DNA of 64,000 nucleotides from Acidimicrobiia bacterium (lineage in GTDB: Bacteria; Actinomycetota; Acidimicrobiia; Acidimicrobiales; VFJN01): NCBI GenBank assembly GCA_009694375.1, contig SHVB01000016.1, positions 189-64,188 on the forward strand, given 5' to 3'. Under the pieces are notes generated by a model. It had not been told where the DNA came from. It saw nothing but the letters and a program-made list of their open reading frames with translations, and did not search any database. Of this stretch, positions 7,807 to 17,506 are shown in pieces. Each line of letters starts with the position of its first letter. Position 1 is the first letter of the stretch. The position numbers were made by a program, and so were the translations under genes.

Positions 7807-10020
7807 CTACTCGCGGTTACCCCGAGGGGTGGCGGAGTTGGGCTGCATCACCGTGGTCGTCGAGGTGGCCGGGACGGTGGTGGTGGTCGAGGTGGAGGTG
7901 CTGGAGGTGGAGGTGGAGCTGGAGGTGGAGGTGGAGGTGGAGGAGGTCGGCAATTCCTGAACCGAGGTGCTGCTCGACGACGGGGAAGGCTCCAGCGACG
8001 TAACCGGTCCCTCGGCATCGCCACCGTCGACGTCGCCGGGGAAGGTCTCGGGCGAGCGGAACGTCCCTGTGTCGGTACCCTCCGTCACGCGTTCCATGAA
8101 CTTCCGCCAGATCTCTGCCGGTAACGAGCCACCGGTCACCCCGGCAAGGCCGTGGATGTTATTCATCGCAGGGACCTCACCATCAGGCCCGGCATCGGGG
8201 AACCCGAGCCAGACGGCGGCCGTGAGTTTCGGTGTGTAGCCCACGAACCAAGCGTCTTTATTGTCCTGCGTCGTGCCAGTCTTGCCGGCCGCTGGCTTTC
8301 CGAACGCGGCCGACTGGCCCGTTCCTCCCTCTACCACCCCGCGCAGGCAGTAGGTAACCAAATCCGCCTCCTCTTCAGTGAGCACGCGCCGACCGCTGGG
8401 ACTGGCCTGATCGATCACGGTCAGACCGTCCTCATCCACCTGCTCAATCCGGGCAATCAGGAACGGTTCATTACGGATACCCCGGTTGGCGAAGGTGCTA
8501 TAGCCCGCCGCCATGTCGAGCGGGGAGACCTCACCGGTGCCGAGCACAATCGATGGCACCTCCGGGAGGGTGGCACTGACCCCCAAACTGTTGGCCATCT
8601 TGACCACGTCGACAGACCCAACCTGCAGCATCACTTGGGCAAAGACGGTGTTGGAGGAGACCCGAGTGGCATCGATCAGGTTGAGGGTGCCTTGCTCGGT
8701 CTTGCCGTAGTTACGTACCCGCCAGTCCTGTCCGGCGTTGGCCTTCGGGAACGTCATCTGCCCAGGGGCCTGGTAGGTCGCTTTGAGCGAGATGCCCTCG
8801 CGAATCGCCTCGGCCAGCACAAAAGGCTTGAACGATGAGCCGGCCCCGCGGCCCGAGCCTCCCCCCTGTGCGCCGAGCGCCAGGTTCACCTGACTCGTCG
8901 CGAAATCCCGACCACCGACCATGGCTTTGACCGACCCGTGATCGTCGAGCGCCACCAGGGCCGCCGCGGGATCCCCCGGCTCATCCAGCGTGGACACCAC
9001 CGCGTCCCATGCGGCGGCTTGCATGTCGAGATCGATCGTCGTGTAGATCCGCAGGCCTCCGCCGTAGAGGGTCTCCTCGCCATACTGATCGGCCACTTGC
9101 CGACGCACGGCCTCCACGAAGTACAGCGACCCCACCTCTGCGCCCACTACCGGCCCAAGACCAGCGCGGTCCCGTGGCGCCACGATGCCGGTGGCGATGG
9201 GCGTCGCGGCGGTGACCGCCCCGTCGTTAGCGGTGATGTAGCCCTCCTCAACCATGGCGTTGAGCACGGTGCCTCGTCGGCGCGTCGCTTCTTCCGGCTC
9301 GATCAATGGATCGGCCGAAGTTGGCGACCGGATCAGGCCCGCCAAAAAGGACGCTTCCAGTACCCCGACATCCCGCACGTCCTTGCCGTAATAGGCCCGC
9401 GCCGCCGCCCCTACCCCGTAGGCGCCGCGCCCGAAATACACCGTGTTGAGGTACCTCTCGAGAATCTCGTCCTTGCTGAGTTCTCGCTCGACCTTCACCG
9501 CCAGGGCGGCCTCGCTGACCTTACGAACAATGCTGCGTTCGGATGTGAGGTAGACGTTCTTCACGTACTGCTGGGTGATCGTGGACCCGCCCTGGGTGAC
9601 CCCGGCATTGCGAATGTCCTGGTAGAGGGCTCGACCGATGCTGGCAAGATCGACGCCGTTGTGGCGGTAGAAACCGCGATCCTCGGTAGCTAACACCGCT
9701 TCGGTGAGCGGTACAGGGAGTTCCTCGAAGGGCACATTGATGCGATCCTCCTGGGCACTAAAGGCGGCCATGGCATTGTCCGGGCCGCACTCCTCGGTTA
9801 CCGCGGCGCTGCACATGAACGACGTCTGAAGGAGCGGATCCGACGGCGGCAGGGGAATGTTGAGCACGACCGCCGCTACTCCTCCGACAACCGCCGTAAG
9901 AAGGACGCCGACGACGAAGAGGCCGCGCCGGTGGCGCCACAACATGCTGCGACGGCCGGACGGCTTGGATGGACGCTTCGAAGCCCTGGCGGGCGGAGGG
10001 GGCGAGCGGCGGAGCGTCAT
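7807..10020 (-). CDS. ponA: bifunctional class A penicillin-binding protein (glycosyltransferase/transpeptidase)
   Basis: GT51 motifs: ATEDRGFYRHNGVD, GGSTITQQYVKN and RKVSEAALA. Transpeptidase motifs: SSFKP, SSN and KTGTT. N-terminal TM segment and a Ser/Thr-rich C-terminal tail. Confidence 0.9.
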   Translation of the reverse strand: MTLRRSPPPPARASKRPSKPSGRRSMLWRHRRGLFVVGVLLTAVVGGVAAVVLNIPLPPSDPLLQTSFMCSAAVTEECGPDNAMAAFSAQEDRINVPFEELPVPLTEAVLATEDRGFYRHNGVDLASIGRALYQDIRNAGVTQGGSTITQQYVKNVYLTSERSIVRKVSEAALAVKVERELSKDEILERYLNTVYFGRGAYGVGAAARAYYGKDVRDVGVLEASFLAGLIRSPTSADPLIEPEEATRRRGTVLNAMVEEGYITANDGAVTAATPIATGIVAPRDRAGLGPVVGAEVGSLYFVEAVRRQVADQYGEETLYGGGLRIYTTIDLDMQAAAWDAVVSTLDEPGDPAAALVALDDHGSVKAMVGGRDFATSQVNLALGAQGGGSGRGAGSSFKPFVLAEAIREGISLKATYQAPGQMTFPKANAGQDWRVRNYGKTEQGTLNLIDATRVSSNTVFAQVMLQVGSVDVVKMANSLGVSATLPEVPSIVLGTGEVSPLDMAAGYSTFANRGIRNEPFLIARIEQVDEDGLTVIDQASPSGRRVLTEEEADLVTYCLRGVVEGGTGQSAAFGKPAAGKTGTTQDNKDAWFVGYTPKLTAAVWLGFPDAGPDGEVPAMNNIHGLAGVTGGSLPAEIWRKFMERVTEGTDTGTFRSPETFPGDVDGGDAEGPVTSLEPSPSSSSTSVQELPTSSTSTSTSSSTSTSSTSTSTTTTVPATSTTTVMQPNSATPRGNRE

Positions 10021-10045
10021 GGCGAGAGAGCGTCGGGCCGACGGC

Positions 10046-10444
10046 TCAGGTGTCGCCGAGCACGAAGGTCTTAGCCAGATGGTTCCAGGAGCACGACGGG
10101 CACACCTCGACCACGTAGCAGGCCACCTGGCGGCGTCCCTTGGTGAGTTTGGCTAACTCACCCTTCAGCGTGATGCAGCGTCCCGACGCCGGGAGCCCCG
10201 CCCCGAAGGCATAGGTGACCAACACAATCCTGTCCTCTTCACAGATCGGGCACTCCATGGCGGTGGGTTCGCTGGCGGACTGCGCGGCCCGCTTGAGCTC
10301 AGGATGGGCGTCGCACACCTCGTGCTTGGCGACGCGGCCTTTCTTGTACTCCGAGACGGCACCCATACGGGCCAGTCGGTAGTCGATCACGCCACCCGGT
10401 GCCTGCAGCCCGTTCCCACGGATCGATTCAGGCCGAAAGGTCAC
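10046..10444 (-). CDS. DUF5318-like Cys-rich protein (Rv0049-type, ponA-adjacent)
   Basis: 132 aa with CPICEED...CPSC cysteine pairs. It sits between ponA and PadR/ino1, as Rv0049 does in mycobacteria. Confidence 0.55.
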   Translation of the reverse strand: MTFRPESIRGNGLQAPGGVIDYRLARMGAVSEYKKGRVAKHEVCDAHPELKRAAQSASEPTAMECPICEEDRIVLVTYAFGAGLPASGRCITLKGELAKLTKGRRQVACYVVEVCPSCSWNHLAKTFVLGDT

Positions 10445-10591
10445 CCTCGGAGGCTAGGCCAGTGCATCGGGATTTACCCGGCACCCCGGGGGTGTGCCAT
10501 ACGGGGTTGACGAATCGCCGCCACTGCTAGATAGTGTTCGTTACATCGATTCGATACGTCATCCTGATGTACTGTTGATGCCTCCTCTCCT

Positions 10592-11209
10592 ATGATTGAC
10601 CTCGCCATCCTCGGCCTGCTCACCGAGCAGGACCTCCACGGCTACGAACTCAAGAAACGGCTGGGCGAACTGCTGTCGGGCCGCGCCTCGATCAGCTTCG
10701 GATCGCTCTACCCCGCCCTCGCTCGCCTCGAAGCTCAAGGCCATGTGAGAGCCGTGGAACAACCCATCGCCGTACCCATCACGCCGATGACCGGTTCCCT
10801 CGCCGGCGAACTTTCCGCCTTCAAAGCCCGGGTACGCGAGAGCAGCATTGCGAAGGTCGGCGGACGCGGCAAGAAGGTCTACGGCATCACCGAGGCGGGC
10901 CGAGGACGACTCGTCGAGCTCATGACCAATCCCGACCTAAGCGACGACCGAGCCTTCACTCTGCGGGTGGCCTTCGCCCGGCATCTCGATCCCAGCCCTC
11001 GCCTCGAACTCTTCGAACGTCGGCGCACCGAACTACTCGGCCGACGCGATGCCCTCAGCCGCCGGGCCGCCAGTCGGCGCCACGACCGCTACCTCGGCGC
11101 TCTCCAAGAGCGCGACGCCGACCACCTCGCCAACGACCTCGCCTGGCTCGATCGCCTCATCGACATTGAACGCACCCCAACCATGCAATCCACGGAGGAA
11201 TACTCATGA
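10592..11209 (+). CDS. PadR family transcriptional regulator
   Basis: [24 protein letters not shown]...[16 protein letters not shown] winged-helix PadR signature. 4-nt ATGA overlap with ino1. Confidence 0.8.
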   Translation: MIDLAILGLLTEQDLHGYELKKRLGELLSGRASISFGSLYPALARLEAQGHVRAVEQPIAVPITPMTGSLAGELSAFKARVRESSIAKVGGRGKKVYGITEAGRGRLVELMTNPDLSDDRAFTLRVAFARHLDPSPRLELFERRRTELLGRRDALSRRAASRRHDRYLGALQERDADHLANDLAWLDRLIDIERTPTMQSTEEYS

Positions 11210-12288
11210 ACGACATCCGGCTCGCCATCGCTGGCATGGGCAACTGCGCCAGTTCGCTCGTACAGGGACTCACCTATTACCAAGACGCTGATCCAGCCGA
11301 CCGCGTTCCCGGGCTCATGCACGTGGTGCTCGGGGGCTACCACATCCGCAACATCAAACTCGTCGCCGCCTTCGACGTCGACGCCGAAAAAGTGGGCCTC
11401 GACGCCTCCAAGGCTCTGCTGGCCGAAATCAACAACACGGTCATCTTCGCCGAGGTCCCCAACCTCGGCGTTGAGGTTATGCGTGGCCCCACCTTCGACG
11501 GCTTCGGCGAGTTCTACCACCAGGTAGCCGAGGAAAGCCCCGCCGAACCCGTCGACGTGGCCCAGATCCTGCGCGACACAAAGACCGACGTGCTGGTGTC
11601 GTACCTGCCGGTGGGATCCGAGGAAGCCCAGCGGTATTACGCCCAGGCCTGCCTCGATGCGGGCGTGGCCTTTGTAAACGCCATCCCCGTGTTCATCGCC
11701 TCCGACCCCGTGTGGGCCGAGAAGTTCCGGGCCGCCGGACTCCCCATTGTTGGCGACGACATCAAGAGCCAGGTCGGCGCCACCATCGTGCACCGCACCC
11801 TCGCCCGCCTCTTCGAGGACCGCGGCACCACGATCGACCACACGTACCAACTGAACTTCGGCGGCAACATGGACTTCATGAACATGCTGGAGCGCAAGCG
11901 TCTCAAGTCCAAGAAGATCTCCAAAACACAGTCCGTCACAAGCCAGATCGACCAGGGCATCAGCGATCGCGACGTACACATCGGACCGTCCGACCACGTC
12001 CCGTGGCTCGAAGATCGAAAGTGGGCCCTCATCCGCCTCGAAGGCCGCAACTTCGGTGACGTGCCGCTCACCATCGAGCTCAAACTTGAAGTGCACGACT
12101 CACCGAACTCCGCGGGCGTGATCATCGATGCAGTGCGCTGCGCCAAGATCGGGCTCGACCGCGGCATGGGCGGCCCCCTCGAAGGCCCCAGCGCCTACTT
12201 CATGAAGAGCCCGCTGAAGCAGTACCGAGACGAGGACGCCCACCGCCTCGTGGAGGCCTACGCCCACAACGAAACCGACCTGCTGTAA
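11206..12288 (+). CDS. ino1: inositol-3-phosphate synthase
   Basis: 360 aa. [18 protein letters not shown] Rossmann start, [10 protein letters not shown] and [15 protein letters not shown]. It lies downstream of PadR, as in mycobacteria. Confidence 0.9.
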   Translation: MNDIRLAIAGMGNCASSLVQGLTYYQDADPADRVPGLMHVVLGGYHIRNIKLVAAFDVDAEKVGLDASKALLAEINNTVIFAEVPNLGVEVMRGPTFDGFGEFYHQVAEESPAEPVDVAQILRDTKTDVLVSYLPVGSEEAQRYYAQACLDAGVAFVNAIPVFIASDPVWAEKFRAAGLPIVGDDIKSQVGATIVHRTLARLFEDRGTTIDHTYQLNFGGNMDFMNMLERKRLKSKKISKTQSVTSQIDQGISDRDVHIGPSDHVPWLEDRKWALIRLEGRNFGDVPLTIELKLEVHDSPNSAGVIIDAVRCAKIGLDRGMGGPLEGPSAYFMKSPLKQYRDEDAHRLVEAYAHNETDLL

Positions 12289-12356
12289 CGCACGAACCCG
12301 CGGTGCACCGCGAGATCAGACAAGCACCGTGGGGCGCGTCCGGGCAGACTGCAGCG

Positions 12357-13046
12357 ATGCATCAACGCTTTACCGCCACCACTCCGGCCGGTCGCCACCT
12401 GCCCACTGACGTAGTGACCTATGGGCCTGACATAGCCCAGGAAGATGCGCTCAAACTCCTCGGCACGGTCGAGGGCACGCGCATCCTCGATCTTGGATGC
12501 GGCGCCGGACACAACACCATTGCCCTCGCCCGCCAGGGGGCCAAGGTCATCGCCATCGACGAATCGTCGGATCAAGTGGCCGAGGCCCGCGCCGCCTGCG
12601 AACGCGAGGGATTCAAGGTGGAGATCCACCACACTCCCCTCGCCGAACTGGCCTTCATACGAGCCGACACCGTCGATGCCGTTCTTTCCGTACACGGGCT
12701 GGCCCCAGTGCAGGACATCGATCGCGTATTCCGGCAGGTGGACCGCGTGTTGCGCCCCGGACACCCGCTCGTATTTTCCCTGCCTCACCCCGCGTTCGCC
12801 ATGGTGGACACCAACAACCCCGAGTGCCAAGTCCGGCGCACCTACTGGGATCCCACCACGATCGACGGCCAGGTACCCCGCACGATCCACCACCTCTTCA
12901 CCGCGCTCGGCCGAGCCAACTTCCGGGTGGACACCGTGCTGGAGCCCGAGCCCATCGCGATGGCCCAGCGCAGCGAGCATTGGCACGAACACATGCGCTT
13001 CGTCCCCGCCACCCTCATCGTCCGAGCACTCAAACAAGGGATGTAA
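12357..13046 (+). CDS. class I SAM-dependent methyltransferase
   Basis: Motif I: ILDLGCGAGHNTIALARQGAKVIAIDES. Start uncertain: GTG at 12303 or ATG at 12357. Confidence 0.75.
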   Translation: MHQRFTATTPAGRHLPTDVVTYGPDIAQEDALKLLGTVEGTRILDLGCGAGHNTIALARQGAKVIAIDESSDQVAEARAACEREGFKVEIHHTPLAELAFIRADTVDAVLSVHGLAPVQDIDRVFRQVDRVLRPGHPLVFSLPHPAFAMVDTNNPECQVRRTYWDPTTIDGQVPRTIHHLFTALGRANFRVDTVLEPEPIAMAQRSEHWHEHMRFVPATLIVRALKQGM

Positions 13047-13078
13047 TCGCCCACTCCCCGCCGAGCATCGCCATCGGA

Positions 13079-14485
13079 TCAATCCGACGGCGATGCTCGA
13101 TCCGCCCACCACTCATCGAGGCACCGCAGCGCCTCGACCTCGCTGAGGGGGCCCGAATCAAGCCGGAGTTCGAGCAGCATCGCCAACGCCTGCCCGACCT
13201 CGCGGCCCGGGGGAATCCCGAGGTGAGCCATCACGGCCTGACCATCAAGATCAGGACGGATGGCTTCGAGTGCCTCCTGCTCCCGAAGCTCCGCAATGCG
13301 AACTTCAAGGGCATCCATGCGGGCCGAGAGCATCTGGGCCTTCCGCTCATTGCGCGTCGTGCAGTCACAACGAGTGAGCTCATTGAGCTGATCCAGGAGA
13401 TCGCCAGCATCACGGACGTACCGCCGCACGGCCGAATCTGTCCAAAGATCGTCGCCATACCCATGAAAGCGGAGGTGAAGGTAGACGAGTTGGGTGACCG
13501 CCTCGACGATGTGATTCGGGTACCGCAGCGCCCGCATCCGGTTACGGGCCATCCGTGCCCCCACCACCTCATGGTGATGAAACGACACCCCCCGCGGTCC
13601 GATCATCCGGGTTTTCGGCTTTCCCACATCGTGCAGCAAGGCGGCCAGGCGCACCACGAGTTCGGGTTGAGTCTTGGCCACCACCGCCACCGTGTGGGCC
13701 AACACATCCTTGTGGCGGTGGATCGGATCCTGCTCCACCTGCATGGCGGGAAGCTCGGGCAGGACAATGTCGGCCAGTCCGTTGTCGACCAGAAACCACA
13801 GGCCCAGACTCGGCTCGTTCACCACCAGGAGTTTGCTCAGTTCGTCCCGCACCCGCTCGGCCGACACGATCTCCAAGCGGCCCGCCAAGGCTTGCACTGC
13901 CGCCACCAACTCCGGCACCGGGGCGAGGCCGTACCCCGCCACAAAGCGGGCCGCTCGCAACATCCGCAGCGGGTCGTCGGCGAAGGAAATTTCCGGTGCC
14001 AACGGCGTGCGCAAGATGCTCGTCGCGAGGTCTGCGGCTCCACCGAACGGATCGATCAGTTCCGATGTCTCGTCGCTGGTTCCCGTGACGCGCAGGGCCA
14101 TGGCGTTCACGGTGAAATCACGCCGTGAAAGATCCACCTCAACGTCATCGCCGAAGGAAACATCGGGATTGCGGGAGTGGGGCGAGTAGGCCTCGGAACG
14201 GTGCGTCGTGATCTCAAAGATCGTGTCGCCCTTTTTCACACCAATCGTCCCGAAGCGGGCCCCCTGATCCCACACCGCATCGGCCCACCCCCGCACGAGT
14301 TCGGCGGTGATCTCCGGTCGGGCGTTGGTGGTGAGGTCCATATCGGCCCTCTCACTGAGCGGGCGACCGAGCACCAGATCACGCACAATTCCACCCACGA
14401 GGTAGATCCGGTACCCCGCCTCCTCGAATCGGTGGGCCAGCGGACCCACACCATCGAAAATTAGGGCGAAGCGCTCAGGGATCAC
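13079..14485 (-). CDS. cca: CCA tRNA nucleotidyltransferase / poly(A) polymerase family with HD domain
   Basis: IYLVGGIVRDLVLGRP...DMDLTT nucleotidyltransferase motif, RAARF, and the HD region LLHDVGKP. Confidence 0.85.
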   Translation of the reverse strand: MIPERFALIFDGVGPLAHRFEEAGYRIYLVGGIVRDLVLGRPLSERADMDLTTNARPEITAELVRGWADAVWDQGARFGTIGVKKGDTIFEITTHRSEAYSPHSRNPDVSFGDDVEVDLSRRDFTVNAMALRVTGTSDETSELIDPFGGAADLATSILRTPLAPEISFADDPLRMLRAARFVAGYGLAPVPELVAAVQALAGRLEIVSAERVRDELSKLLVVNEPSLGLWFLVDNGLADIVLPELPAMQVEQDPIHRHKDVLAHTVAVVAKTQPELVVRLAALLHDVGKPKTRMIGPRGVSFHHHEVVGARMARNRMRALRYPNHIVEAVTQLVYLHLRFHGYGDDLWTDSAVRRYVRDAGDLLDQLNELTRCDCTTRNERKAQMLSARMDALEVRIAELREQEALEAIRPDLDGQAVMAHLGIPPGREVGQALAMLLELRLDSGPLSEVEALRCLDEWWADRASPSD

Positions 14486-14544
14486 GGGTGAGGAGGGTAG
14501 GCGCAGAGCCCTGCGTCTTCCGAACCGATATGACCAAGGCCCCC

Positions 14545-15627
14545 TCAGAGCGAGGCGCCGACCCCCGATTCGCTCAGTGAGATACGCAGCCCCTCAGGGT
14601 TCAAGGACGCGGCCAAGGCATCACCGAGGCTGACCATCCCATCGCGTGTCAACTCCAGCAACGCTTGATCCAACGTCTGCATGCCGTGATACCGCCCGTC
14701 CGCCAGCACCCTGTCGAGGTTGTGAAGAAGCAGCGGATCAGAGATGCAATCGACCACCCGGGAGGTGCCCACCAAAATCTCCAACGCCGGAATCCGACCC
14801 TTACCATCAGCCCGCTCCAGTAGTCGCTGGCTCACGACGCCCCGAACGACTCCCACCAGCACCTCCCGAGCGCTGGCTTGCTCGGAAACGGGGAACAAAT
14901 CAATAAAGCGAACCAACGTGTCCGAGATGTTGGCGGCCTGCATCGTGGAAATCACAAGATGCCCCACCTGCGCCGCCAAGAGCACCGCCCGCGCCGTCTC
15001 GACATCGTTGACCTCGCCCACGAACATCACATCGGCGTCCTGGCGTAGTCCACTGCGCACGGCAGCGGCATAACTGGTGGTATCGCTACCAATCTCACGT
15101 TGGGTCACGATGGCTTCGATATCGGCGTGGAGGGCCTCAATCGGATCCTCGATCGTGAGGATGTGGCATGACCGATGACGGTTGATGCGATCCACCAACG
15201 CGGCCACCGTGGTGGACTTGCCCGAGCCCGGCGCGCCGCTGATGAGCACGAGACCTGAGGCCTCCTCGGCGAATCGATCCAACTGGGGCGAGAGGCCCAA
15301 CGCATCAAGATCCGGCACCTCCGGGGGTACCTGCCTCAACACCATCGCCAACGATCCCCGCTGGCGATGCACTGACACCCGAAAGCGACCAATGCCCGGC
15401 AGGCCGAGGGCGCCGCTAACCTCACCGCGCTCAGCGAGTTCCTCCAGGCGATCCGCGTCGAAAACCTCGGCCGCGAGGGCTTCCACCACACCAGGCTCGA
15501 GGGCCTCGAACGGCGCGAGCCGTAACTCGCCGTCCACCCGCACGTGCGGAACAGATCGGGGCTTCAGATGGAGGTCCGATCCCTGGACTTCACTCAGGTG
15601 CGACAACATTTCTTCCAACAGCGTCAT
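14545..15627 (-). CDS. PilT-family (type IV pilus retraction-like) hexameric ATPase, orphan
   Basis: Walker A GAPGSGKSTT, Asp box ILTIEDPIE, Walker B DVMFVGEVND. The His-box region reads VGHLVISTMQAAN. No pilus genes are nearby. Confidence 0.8.
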   Translation of the reverse strand: MTLLEEMLSHLSEVQGSDLHLKPRSVPHVRVDGELRLAPFEALEPGVVEALAAEVFDADRLEELAERGEVSGALGLPGIGRFRVSVHRQRGSLAMVLRQVPPEVPDLDALGLSPQLDRFAEEASGLVLISGAPGSGKSTTVAALVDRINRHRSCHILTIEDPIEALHADIEAIVTQREIGSDTTSYAAAVRSGLRQDADVMFVGEVNDVETARAVLLAAQVGHLVISTMQAANISDTLVRFIDLFPVSEQASAREVLVGVVRGVVSQRLLERADGKGRIPALEILVGTSRVVDCISDPLLLHNLDRVLADGRYHGMQTLDQALLELTRDGMVSLGDALAASLNPEGLRISLSESGVGASL

Positions 15628-15716
15628 AGGGACTTCATCGGCAGATCACCGCGCCTTCTAAACCCCCCCTTCGGTGGCGGCCCAACCACCCTCGGGCCCA
15701 GACCGCCGGCAAGCCC

Positions 15717-16832
15717 TCAGAGCGAGGGCGTGCACTCGGCTTGGATGCGGCTCGCCTGAGCCACCACCTCGCGCCCCGGCCCCCCACTGGTAGGCGGTTC
15801 GGGCACCAGACGCTCACCGGCCATAGCCGCCACGCACGCGGCGGCCGACAGGCGAAGGGCCTCTAGGTCGTAGCCGCCCTCCAAGAACACGATCCGACGA
15901 CCCGGCGGCACAAGGGTCAACAGGGCCGCCGTGAGGTCGGCGTAGTCGCCTGCCGAGAGGCCAAGATCGGTGATGGGATCCGCCCGGTGGGCGTCGAACC
16001 CAGCCGAGATAAGCAACCAGGTGGGTTGAAATACGGCCGCAAACGGGGCGATCACCTCGTCCACGCCGGCCCGATATGCATCACCGGTGGCACCGGCCGG
16101 TAGGGGCAGATTGTGCGTGGTCCCCCACCCTGCCCCGCCCCCGATATCCCCCAACGCACCTGAGCCCGGGTAAAGCGGGTACTGGTGGTAGGAGATGTAC
16201 GCCACGTCGGGATCGGCCCAGAACACGTCCTGGGTGCCGTTGCCATGATGGGCGTCGTAATCCACCACCAGCACGCGCTCACCCTGGTCGGCCAGGGCCG
16301 CCGCGGTAACCGCCACGTTGTTGAAGAGACAAAACCCCATGGAGCGCGTCGACGTGGCGTGATGACCAGGGGGCCGCACGGCACAAAACGCGCTATCGGC
16401 AGCCCCCGACATGAGGGCCTCAACCGCCGTGAGTCCTGCGCCCGCCGCCAGGATCGCGGCCTCATAGGAGTGCTCGCTCATCGCCGTATCGGCATCCAAC
16501 CAACCTCCTCCCCCGGCCCCCATGGCCGCCACGCGCGCCACCAGCGCGGGATCGTGAGCAAGTTCCAACTCGTCCAGCGTGGCGGGCCGGGGCCCCATCG
16601 GCCGCAGGGCCTCCCCCAAGCCGGCCTCGTGGATGCCCTCAAGTACCGCCCGCAGGCGCTCCGGCCGCTCGGGATGAGCACGACCGTTGTCATGGTCGAG
16701 ATAGCGCGGATGGGTGATGAACACGACGTCGGCCACGAAAGCGAGCGTACCCACCAGAGCCGCGCCGGTACCGTGGCGGTATGACTGGGCATCGCATCCT
16801 CGCGGGAGCAAATTCCAAACTCCGCGTGACAC
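15717..16832 (-). CDS. histone deacetylase-family (AcuC/AphA-like) deacetylase
   Basis: RPPGHHA, VVDYDAHHGNGTQ and GFDAH motifs. The true start is probably internal (GTG codons near VGTLAFVADVVFITHP). Confidence 0.8.
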   Translation of the reverse strand: MSRGVWNLLPRGCDAQSYRHGTGAALVGTLAFVADVVFITHPRYLDHDNGRAHPERPERLRAVLEGIHEAGLGEALRPMGPRPATLDELELAHDPALVARVAAMGAGGGGWLDADTAMSEHSYEAAILAAGAGLTAVEALMSGAADSAFCAVRPPGHHATSTRSMGFCLFNNVAVTAAALADQGERVLVVDYDAHHGNGTQDVFWADPDVAYISYHQYPLYPGSGALGDIGGGAGWGTTHNLPLPAGATGDAYRAGVDEVIAPFAAVFQPTWLLISAGFDAHRADPITDLGLSAGDYADLTAALLTLVPPGRRIVFLEGGYDLEALRLSAAACVAAMAGERLVPEPPTSGGPGREVVAQASRIQAECTPSL

Positions 16833-17506
16833 CCTGGCGAGGTGATGTGACTACCGCCTACCTCACTCCCACGCGCGGTCGCCCTTCACTCGCCGTCATC
16901 GAACAGTGCCTGAGCGAGTTGCCCGGTGCGGGATACAACACCGCCATCACCGCCGCCCTGACCAGCGTTGACCAAATCCCCTTTCTGCAGTCGGGGTTCA
17001 GCGTGCTCGAACGCCTCCACCTCCTCAAGCGCACCCTCTACGACATCCCCCGTCCGCGCGTGTCCAACGTGGAACTTCGCCGAACACGACCAGCCGAGCG
17101 GCCGGCCGTCCTCGCCATTGACGCGGCGTCATTCCCCCCCTTCTGGCGCCTCGACGACTCCGGCCTCACCGATGCCATTGCCGCCACCCCCTCAGCCCGG
17201 CTGGCGGTGGCCCTAACCCGCGGCAATGAGGGCACCATCGTGGGCTATGCCATCACCGGCCGGGCAGGATCCCGGGGCTATCTCCAGCGGCTCGCCGTGG
17301 ACCCCGAGGCGCACCGGCAGGGCATTGGCAGCGCGCTGGTCGCCGATGGGCTTCGCTGGCTCCGGCGATGGGGGGCCAGGGAAATCATCGTCAACACCCA
17401 GGAAGGCAACGGCTCGGCGTTGGCGCTCTACGAAAGTCTGGGGTTTCGTATGCAGCCCGACGGACTCGCCGTGCTGCGTCGCTCCCTCGACGGGCCCGCG
17501 CAATGA
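16781..17506 (+). CDS. GNAT family N-acetyltransferase
   Basis: C-terminal acetyl-CoA motif QRLAVDPEAHRQGIGSALV...NGSALALYESLGF. Start uncertain. The stop overlaps the next gene (ATGA at 17503). Confidence 0.65.
   Translation: MTGHRILAGANSKLRVTPWRGDVTTAYLTPTRGRPSLAVIEQCLSELPGAGYNTAITAALTSVDQIPFLQSGFSVLERLHLLKRTLYDIPRPRVSNVELRRTRPAERPAVLAIDAASFPPFWRLDDSGLTDAIAATPSARLAVALTRGNEGTIVGYAITGRAGSRGYLQRLAVDPEAHRQGIGSALVADGLRWLRRWGAREIIVNTQEGNGSALALYESLGFRMQPDGLAVLRRSLDGPAQ

Noticed and set aside
7810-7965. GGTGGAGGT-rich repetitive DNA that might suggest a CRISPR or minisatellite
   Set aside because: It lies in-frame within the PBP gene, encoding a Ser/Thr-rich tail, and has no spacer-repeat organisation.
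11089-12096. 335-aa minus-strand ORF opposite ino1
   Set aside because: It is antisense to a well-supported inositol-3-phosphate synthase. The product is Val/Gly/Asp/His-rich and low-complexity, which is mirror-codon bias.
12497-14128. 543-aa plus-strand ORF spanning the methyltransferase and cca
   Set aside because: It is an alternative frame or antisense to two recognisable genes. The product is an Arg/Pro/His-rich string, so it is not coding.
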